Of a stretch of 64,000 nucleotides of DNA, positions 36,748-64,000 are shown one piece after another. Source of the stretch: Paragordius varius (taxonomy: Eukaryota; Animalia; Nematomorpha); contig OZ176050.1 of the NCBI GenBank assembly GCA_964247055.1, positions 2,418,001 through 2,482,000 on the forward strand, read 5' to 3'. How positions within the stretch are numbered: the first letter of the stretch is position 1; each line of letters begins with the position of its first letter. The translations under genes and the position numbers were made by a program. Under the pieces are notes generated by a model, which did no database searches, was not told where the DNA came from, and saw only the letters and a program-made list of their open reading frames with translations.

Positions 36748-38050
36748 TTATATCACGAACATGTAAGATATGTATTTTACGAAATACAAGTCTTTAGGAG
36801 GAGTGAGTTTGTATTTATTTTCCATTGAACTTTTCCGCCAAACTATCACAGATGGTCTATTAAAGTTTTCGAGAACTGTATCATTTGATTGCATATTGGC
36901 CTTGCCATTTAATATTTGATAGCGAGAATTTAATTTGTCAGACTTGTCATGATGTTTCATTTGATCAATATGCGTCCGGATATTGTGATCTAAAGCTGTT
37001 TGGTACGCCTTCAATGCATTAATTTGATTATTTAGCACATTGCAATAGTATTTCATTTTACTAGATGATCGTGGCGAATCGATAATATGATTGGAAAAAC
37101 CACGGCGCTTATCTATGATTTTTTGCATTTTTTCATTGCGTAATCTAAAAAATAAAAACGATAGAATTCTTTATTGCATATTAGCAACATATACCAGCTC
37201 TAATAATAAGTAATACCGACTTAATTAATAGAAGATGTCGGCGGAAAACCCGCAGACGATTAATTAGATACAAACGCCGTTTTGTTCATCTTATATTAAC
37301 CAATCAACACTCATTGCCAAAGGGCCTCGTCTTATTTCAAAATTCAGTATTGAACATTTTCAGCACATATTGCTTTACTTCTTTCATCAGAAAAAAGGCT
37401 CTTGAAAGTCATCGATTTCTGGAAACATATGGTGAAACAGGGTTCAAAATAAAAGTTGTGATATCAATGTGAAAGAGAGTGGGAGATTGGGTAGACCTCA
37501 CAACTGCGAAGAAGATCGAGTGCAAGATGATTATAAGCTCAACGGCAATCGGCTATACCAAATCAAGACGTCTATGCGAATGGGACAGACCCTTAAATAC
37601 GGTAAATGGGTCACACAATTCAACGAACGTCAAAAACATCACAAAGTGACTTTCACTTTCAACACCACGAAAAAAATCATTTTTGCATTGAATGTGTGAC
37701 AGGTGCTGAGATCTTTTTAGGCTTGTCCAGTCTTCGGTAAAATATTATGCTCATCTGGTTACAGAGCGGTATTGTGTATTATAACTAAAACCCGGTGAAT
37801 CGATACACAGCGCTATCGCCAAATTAACTTAAACAATGCATTGATAAAAAAATGACAGAAGATATGGCACTTTCTCTGGCGCGGCATTCATATATTACTT
37901 AAAGATGGGGATGAGTAGAAGCCGATGAAAAATATTTTAAATAAAATAAATGATTTCCTTACTGAACGTTACCGAAAAATTGGTAAATACTCATTACTAC
38001 ACCTTGTATTTAGAAAACTAGTACTTTTTAGAAGACTAATATTTAACGTA

Positions 38051-38104
<54 letters not shown>

Positions 38105-39017
38105 TGATTAAGTTAAAAGATTTTTGGGGGCTTCTTTTTCAAGACTATTCTATGAATTGGGACAGAACTGGCAAATTCAAAAAAAGCTCGACTATGCTAG
38201 AAGAATACATAAAAATAAAATCCAACATCTTACATTTTTTAAATATACTGATTAGGATGGATATAATAGCCTTTTAAAAATATAAAATGCATATATATTT
38301 GTTTCATTGTAAATTTAAAATAATTATATTTTAAATAAATTTTATTAACATATTAGTATATCAATCAATAATAGCTTTTTTTTCTTTTTGGTCATATATG
38401 ATATGGGTAGTGATTTAAGCCATTCTTGTATTGAAAAAAAATAAAGTAAGTTTTAGTTATTTAATTTAGCGCTTAGCCCCGAAAATTTTATATCGAATTA
38501 AAAAATAGTTTCCCAAAGGTACAATAACTATGCAATATCAAATCTTTAATATTGTTTGCTATATGGTAAAATTAAATTACCCATTTTTTCAAAAGATAGA
38601 GCAAATATAGCAAAGAAGATATTATTATTGGTGAAAAACAAGAAAAATGGGAAAAAGAATTGTCTCTTTGCTTCATACTTACTATATGTCAATAATTATT
38701 GACAGATTATTAGTAATGATTATTTACTCATATTGTATATATATTTATATATATATATATAATATATCTATTAATTACTCCGTCTCAAACGCCAAAATCA
38801 AAAGAGGATCCAGTATATTTTGTTGAGGTTCCCATGTGCTTTCATGCATTTTATAACCTTTCCACTTTATCAAATATTTGCATCTTCCATTCTTAACATA
38901 TATATAAAAATAAAATTAAATAGTTATTAAATAATTTATCATACAATAAAAATAATTTATTACTTTGTATTTGCGTTTGGCCAATATTTTTTCCACTTGA
39001 TAGATTTCGGTACTCAT
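36748..39017 (-). CDS. Polycomb/CBX-type chromodomain protein; 3' structure uncertain
   Basis: Exons 39017-38964 and 38891-38779 read [55 protein letters not shown] (aromatic cage Y/W/Y; NILDPxLI is Pc-like). The phase-2 donor fits an acceptor at 37144 (ORF to 36748, 187 aa) or at 38681. No Pc-box was recognised. Confidence 0.7.
37265..37800 (+). mobile_element. Highly decayed mariner (Mos1-like) transposase relic in chromodomain gene intron
   Basis: Fragments [35 protein letters not shown] and (C)VTG match the mariner HTH-linker-WVPHEL-to-VTGDE region, with many frameshifts. Confidence 0.7.
38054..38101. repeat. (AT)24 microsatellite
   Basis: Perfect dinucleotide run. Shorter (TA)n runs occur at ~1028, 2803, 7738, 20025, 22633 and 38749. 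Confidence 0.95.
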
Positions 39018-39650
39018 GATTATAAAATTAAAGATATAAAATGAAAAAAAATATTTATTAATCGTTGAATGTATGTTTGGGCTGTATATAATAAATAAAA
39101 TTTTGGAACGAATTTTTTGATATCTATCTCGGTTAAAAAAATACTCCAGACTAAACGTGTAGATACAGTATAGTAGCATTTTGCACTGACGTATTTTAAC
39201 AGGTAAACACTACCTTAATGAAAAAATTTTGTAGGGCGAAGAAAAAAATATATAAAATATATAATATGTGTTATATTTTATTTTCTTATAGCAAAAAATT
39301 GAGTAAAAATTATAACATTCGGTAAAACTCATGATGATTTTAATTAAATGTCGAATAAAATTCCAATAAAATATTATGAATTTAATAAATTTATTTTTTT
39401 TTGAAATTATCTATATTTGGTGCCCTTACAGTAAACTATTTAAAATTTTTGAATATAAAATATTATTGAAACGTTCAAGATAACCAGTATCGGAATGTTT
39501 ATCACACAATAGTAAATTTAAGTTTGTTGAAAGTATCTATGGATAGATTTTGTAATTTTTTAATTACAACGCTTCGTTACCCGTTAAAGTAGAAGACAAA
39601 CTCAATATTTACATTTATTTTATTAGCAAGTCTGTGATATCATATAATAA

Positions 39651-40700
39651 CACTAAATAACAAATTTTAACTTTTTTTAATTGCCAGTAAATTTAAAATT
39701 TATTTCATTAAAGTACATAATTAGTATATCTGAAAAGAAAATTGGTCTAGCTTTAAAGAATTTTTTTATATTAGAGTTAATCGATAATTTTTGGCCCAGA
39801 TTTAACATTAAACTCGAAATTTCGAAAATTAAATGTTTTAGATATGAAGTTATGTATTTTATATCATTCGAAAGAGCGCAAAAAACTGCATCTTTTAAAT
39901 GGTAGTAGGTGATTTAAATCAATCGGATGTAAAAGTTATTTGGATTTAAATGGTCGAAATTTTCAATCCTTAAATAAGTCAAGAATTTTCACAGACAAAC
40001 TAATTTGAAAATCATATAAATTATTTTAATATAATTATTAGGGTTACATTAGTATTTAATTTAAAAAATTGTTTGATAAAGCTTTTGGTTTGCTTTTTTA
40101 ATAAAAATTATTATTATCATAAATGTTTGGTGGATACTAAAATGCATAGTTATAACTGTAAATTTATTACATAATGGCTATAAAAGATCAAAAATACCCT
40201 AAACTTTGTTTTTATCTGTTAAATTTTAAAATTATCAGCCTCGAATGGCTGTTTTGAGTGACATAAAAGCAATAAAAAAATGTTTTTATCATAAAAACTT
40301 TCTTGTGTTATCTTTTTTGGACATTCATCACCATCTAAACAAAGTTTGAGCTATTTTCATCCATTAGTTTAAAAATTATAATAATTAAAAAATGCTCTCG
40401 CTTCGCGCGTTTGTCGCTCTTTGTGTCCAATATTAACTGTCGATGTAATACATATTAGTATGCATTTTATAGAGTTTTTATTACTCTTTCGAATGATATA
40501 TTACAAATGGGCATTACTTGTATATTTTCAAAGAAAAACATTTAGTAAAATTTTGATAAAGAGGGCGCATATCAAAAAAATCAAATTATACAAAATTCTG
40601 CCATCGAGTTATAATTTTTATTTCAGATTTACTGTCAAAATGATACTAAATATCAGAAAATGCAAAAAACTCGAGTGGCAGAAAAATTTGTTGTCCAGTG
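39651..40700. mobile_element. Non-autonomous CMC (Chapaev3-like) element, copy 2
   Basis: TAA|CACTAAATAACAAATTTT ... AAAATTTGTTGTCCAGTG|TAA. Same orientation as 14569-15692, but lacks the ~60 bp segment at ~15170-15230 of copy 1. Confidence 0.8.
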
Positions 40701-41491
40701 TAAATAAACGGAAACAAATAAAATAATAATTAATAAAAACAATGAATAACTATTGAGAATAGCATTAATTTTGTCTGACGTTTTACTTAAAGGTAATTTA
40801 CTCAAAAAATTTTGCTAAAAAATTAATGTTATGAGCTTCTTAAAATTTAAAGTTAAATTTTTTATTCTAAAATTGCTTAAGTTGTGATATTAACAGCTTT
40901 TTTATTCTAATTGATTTTTAGTTGTTTTGTAATGAACCGCACCTGAGTTAACAAAAAAATTGCATTTATTTTACAAACGACCTATGAAATTAATTTTTAT
41001 TTGGAAGGGTAATATTCAAGCTGTTTCATATTATTTAACCATTAATATTAAACCTTGGTTAAACTATACTTTAAAAGACAGTTTATTGGTAGGTCAATAT
41101 ATGTTTTTACGACTTTAATTAAAAATAACAATTTAGTAATTAAAATATATATATTATATGAAAAAATACCGTTTTTTCCGTAAAAAAATGGACTTTGGTT
41201 TTAAGCCTTAGAAAATTTGGATTTGGGTTAAATTTTGTGTCAAATAATGAGTGGAAATTGGATTAAGTTTGAAAATACAAGGTATTAAAATGAACATAAA
41301 CGGCTTAAAGGCGAAATCATTCTCTTTTCCTTACAATTATACGTGGAGATTTTAAGATGATATTTTGCTACACGGTTTTGTGAATTCATTATACTTTGCC
41401 AAATAAGATCTGACCCCCACATATATCGACCATCTGAACTAAATTGTGTTTCTAAGATAGGATTGAAATATTTTTTTCCATTTGTGCTATG

Positions 41492-41878
41492 CAGGGGCGT
41501 ACCGAGGGGGGGGGGGCAAGGGGGTGCATCATGCCCCGGGCGCCGTTATTTAGGGGCGCCTAAATGATTTTTTAAAACTAAATTTTATATGCAAAAATAA
41601 TAAGAACTTTCAAATGAGATTTTTCAGCTTTAGGTAATAATCCCTATAATAACTCTATTATTTACCTAATTAGTACCATTGAACAAATATAGTATCATAT
41701 AAATATATACATTTAATAGATTTAAAATTTATATGACTGTGCTGTCTTATCTATGGTGTTTAGGTTACAACGTTTGTATTTTTATTACTAAATTGTTTTA
41801 TTGGCTTTTTAAAAAAGAGGGGAGGGGCGCTATAAAAATTTTATGCCCCGGGCGCCGCAAATGCTCGGTACGCCACTG
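41492..41878. mobile_element. hAT MITE with perfect 8 bp TSD
   Basis: GTGCTATG|CAGGGGCGTACCGAG ... CTCGGTACGCCACTG|GTGCTATG, with subterminal GCCCCGGGCGCC repeats. Confidence 0.9.
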
Positions 41879-42393
41879 GTGCTATGACTCGTTCTTAAGA
41901 AAAATTAATATATTTATAGTTATGATTATTTATAAAAGTTTTATATGTTTATTATGAAACGCATATAAATAAGTTAATATTTTTCCAAATATCATAAAGT
42001 GTCTGTTGAAACAGATGGAGTAGTTTAATACAAATCTAAAAAATTTCCCAAATTACATATTTAAGAAGCAAGTAAAAACTTATTTTAAGTAGCATTATAA
42101 AAAATTGGCGGTTTGATGTGAATGTTATTACAAATTTTTTTATGATAATATATTATCCATATCCAAATCTTTTATATATCATAGTTGGTTGGTTAAACTT
42201 ACAATACTGGTCAACAAAAGGATTCAAAGACGATACTTCCCTCGATAAAAAGTTTATAACCGCTTTATAGTCAAATGACAAATGCAAGGATATTAAAATT
42301 TAATAGTGATTTATTTATAATAGTTTACAATTAAATAGTGAATAAATTATTTGATATATAATAATTTTATATAGCAATTGAGTTGAATGAAGG

Positions 42394-61247
<18,854 letters not shown>

Positions 61248-62440
61248 TACTATTAAATCTGTTTTTAACGTTTTGAGTTAGTAGATAATCTCATAAATAT
61301 TGTTACGACAAATTGGATGTGGTAGCAAAAGTATACTACATATTTTCATACCTATGTAAAAAAAGAATGCATTGAATGGAATACATATTACATTCAGTTT
61401 AGTGGTATCCAATAAATAGATATATTTCACACTGGTTATATATTTTGTAATCATAGAACATAGTTTGAAGCCAAACTTTGCAAGTATAAACGATGGTAAA
61501 CGACTAAAATAATAATTTTCCCAAATCTGAATGCCAAAAATTCCAATTAGCAAGGGTAAAAATTAATTAATAATTAATAAAATGACAGTCAACAAATAAT
61601 ATAGAAAGATACAATATCTCACGCAAACATAAGGTGTGTGCCATCTAAAAAAATATGAATTTGATAATTTCTCCCCAACAGAAGGTGACTTTTGATTTAA
61701 ATGTAGGTTTGTTTATACAAGCAACGAAATGGAATATATAGAAATTGTGAATGGATAGATATGTGAATTGGGGCTATGGAATATAGTGCTAACTATATTT
61801 AACGCATAAATTAATTGCTAATGCTTCATAGGTTTTTTCTACTGCGCACTTTATGTTATTTATTTCACATATTTATTTATAATATATTTTCGGCGATCAA
61901 TAAAACTTTTACTACATTTAAAGAACTGTACACATACATTAAAACATTAAATAAATAAAAATGGTTTTATTTTATGAAGTAAAATAGCAAGCAATAATTG
62001 TAATATTATTTTAATAATAATCCAAACACCAACTAATTGTGCTGTTTATGCGTCTTCAATAAAATACTATTACATAATATGGTTATTTCTTAATATATTT
62101 TGTTCCAATTTTGTGTGTACAAAGATGAACACAACTATCAAGTGATTACGTATTTTTAACAAGACAATAGTATTATAGGGATGTATTGAGTTATAATTTA
62201 TTCAAAAAATCATTTTTGTTCGTAAATTATAAAAAATTTTTTTATAGCTTTTTATTAGTTTTCATAACTCTACCATCTTCTAGAAATAAATCAGATATTG
62301 ATTATTATAAAAAGTCACTTATAAAAAGCTCTGTTTAATAATGAAAATTGATTAAGATAGAGGCTATACGAAATTCTCTCTAAATTACATTCCAAATGTA
62401 AACTTTTTTAGCAATTAATAAAGCAATATCAATAAATAAT

Positions 62441-63195
62441 TTATTTCTGTTTCCCAAACCATTCGTAATCATATGGGCTGAGCCAATTATAGCAGCCTTG
62501 CATACGATTTTTAATACAAAATTCAAAAGTGTATGGGTTTAAATTTGTTTTTTCTTTTTGCGCTTGAATTTTCGACTCGCGTTCAAGCATTTTGTGGCAT
62601 ATAGCTTGAGCTTTAAAAGGCATTCTTGCCGCAAGTTTAGATAACCATTCTTCCACTAACCCAAATTCTATTCGGCCTCCGATCTCTAAAATAATACGCC
62701 CACTACGAACAGGTGTCACATAATGATGTATTGAAGCTTTCCCACCTCCCATTCTTACACCTTGCACGTTAGATTAAAGGGTACCTTGACTCTTTTTCGT
62801 AACAGGTTTCCACGGAGGATCAATCCTCCAAACAGCAAAGAGCTTTTGTTCTTTTATCTTCTTATTTACGACATTTTTAATAAACTCAAAATTTTCATGT
62901 CGGAGATTACCCCCGGTTAAAGCCCGTATTCCATATTGTTTATGGATTAAATAGTTTTGAACGAGTTCTGGTCCCCGTATATCAATATTTCTTCGCATCA
63001 TTTTGGGTACTTTTGTGCCGACAGGAGATTGAGGGACCTTCTCCACATTAGGGAGTTTTTCATTTTCGGGATATTCAACATCTTACAAAATTATAAATGA
63101 CATATAATACGGTCATATGTGGGCAAAGGATAAAAGTTTCTAAGATAAGCCTTGGAAATTAAATTTGGCCAATATGGTTTAAGCATGGTTAACAT
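62441..63195 (-). CDS. MRPL16: Mitochondrial ribosomal protein L16 (uL16m), ~233 aa, 3 exons
   Basis: Exons 63195-63111, 63081-62785 and 62760-62441 total 702 nt. They read PTYDHVEYP...IRGPE..QYGIRALTGGNLRHENFE...[44 protein letters not shown]...NPYTFE..IKNRMQGC..WLSPYDY.WFGK. An alternative in-frame start lies at 63186. Confidence 0.95.
62761..62784 (-). other. 24 nt intron (MRPL16 intron 2)
   Basis: GTACCCTTTAATCTAACGTGCAAG. It has an in-frame TAA and a CTAAC branch motif; removal yields the conserved [12 protein letters not shown]. Confidence 0.9.
63082..63110 (-). other. 29 nt intron (MRPL16 intron 1)
   Basis: GTATTATATGTCATTTATAATTTTGTAAG; removal restores YDHVEYP. Confidence 0.85.
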
Positions 63196-63227
63196 ATGCT
63201 TTTGCGCTAGTATTGATTTGCTGGAGG

Positions 63228-63577
63228 ATGTCGTCTAAAACAATTTTTGCCGTTTCTATTTTATCCCTATTTCATGCAGCATACTCGGCAATACAATGTA
63301 AATATTGGTTAAAATTATAGATAAAAATTATATGCGCGTTACAGAACAAAATATTTCCAGCCTACCCATAGATATTACTTTACAAGCTGTTTTAAGCCTT
63401 GTTGTATCAATATATGCGATTTCACTTTTCGTTGAAGATTACAGAGAAATAAGATTAATTCGGGATCTCCAAACAAAGTTTATATAATTTAATTATAGGC
63501 CCATTGAATCTTTTATGAATCGTCCATCCTTTTACACCTTTAGTCACAGATCACCATTAATAAATTCGAATTTATAA
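63228..63577 (+). CDS. MMGT1: Membrane magnesium transporter 1 / ER membrane complex subunit 5, 101 aa, 3 exons
   Basis: Exons 63228-63297, 63321-63477 and 63499-63577 total 306 nt. They read ...[34 protein letters not shown]...NRPSFYTFSHR. Confidence 0.93.
63298..63320 (+). other. 23 nt intron (MMGT1 intron 1)
   Basis: GTAAATATTGGTTAAAATTATAG; removal joins HAAYSAIQ to YKNYMR in frame. Confidence 0.88.
63478..63498 (+). other. 21 nt intron (MMGT1 intron 2)
   Basis: GTTTATATAATTTAATTATAG. It has an in-frame TAA; removal is needed to reach the conserved NRPSF motif. Confidence 0.88.
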
Positions 63578-63594
63578 TTACGTATATTTTTACA

Positions 63595-64000
63595 GGCTGC
63601 AGGCAGCCCGGGAAAGTCTTCCGCACTTCTTGAAGAGGAGAGGGGTGCGCTATTTTAAAAAAAGGGATTAATAAAATTGTGATCCATATATGTGTATTAT
63701 TTTGAACCATAATTTAATAATTATGATCTCATAGGATTTTCAAAACGGTAGTCATAGATTCAAATCTGCTCATTCATACTAATATATTGTTTACTGGTGT
63801 CAGGTTCCAAATCGACGGCTAACGGAACAAACCTTATACTATAATTTTTACCTTTTTATGGGTATTATTTAAAGCTTTTAATGACATCTTATGGCTTCTT
63901 AAGTTTTTGAAAATTAGCTCCATAACCACGCCATTTTTGTATGGCGTCTCGTTTTAAACCGGTAGACCCCTACCCATAAACCTATATGGAAAAAGCGCTG
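63595..64000 (-). mobile_element. 3'-side fragment of the same Helitron family, running off the window
   Basis: 63660-63700 resembles 49570-49600, 63680-63800 resembles 6125-6220, and 63910-64000 resembles 29450-29510. No intact CTAG terminus was seen. Confidence 0.6.

Noticed and set aside
38400-38690. Possible plus-strand mini-intron gene (MGSDLSHSC..., 24 nt GT-AG at ~38446)
   Set aside because: All phases hit stops within a few codons, so no consistent ORF exists.
61278-62400. 91 aa minus ORF and AT-rich tract between the cyclase and MRPL16
   Set aside because: It has a non-ATG start, is out of context and has no motif. It is more likely cyclase 5' UTR, intron or promoter.

Overview
Very AT-rich eukaryotic (invertebrate animal) genomic DNA with spliceosomal genes. 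There are no rRNA, tRNA or CRISPR features. Eight protein-coding genes were reconstructed by hand from GT-AG junctions and reading-frame arithmetic: a Mtl/Mig-2 Rho GTPase (-, 3' end outside the window), a 25-exon SLC12 cation-chloride cotransporter (+), a 9-exon secreted Gly/Lys/Gln-repeat micro-exon gene (-), cysteamine dioxygenase ADO (+), a Polycomb-type chromodomain gene (-), a 17-exon transmembrane adenylyl cyclase (-), MRPL16 (-) and MMGT1/EMC5 (+). Mobile DNA includes a decayed Ty3/gypsy LTR element, an RTE-type LINE, a mariner relic, piggyBac-, CMC/Chapaev- and hAT-type MITEs, and a non-autonomous Helitron family, one copy of which carries a 13 x ~470 bp tandem array inside an adenylyl cyclase intron. 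Most striking observations: (1) 21-29 nt GT-AG introns that are required to restore ADO, MRPL16 and MMGT1, coexisting with kb-sized introns in neighbouring genes; (2) an orphan micro-exon gene (exons of 12-30 nt, symmetric phase 1) encoding a signal peptide, cationic GKGKG-Qn-S[W/Y] repeats and an acidic tail; (3) a Helitron caught giving rise to a higher-order satellite; (4) an NKCC-like transporter with substituted K+ and Cl- site tyrosines. All gene models are manual predictions without transcript evidence, and the species cannot be determined from sequence alone.
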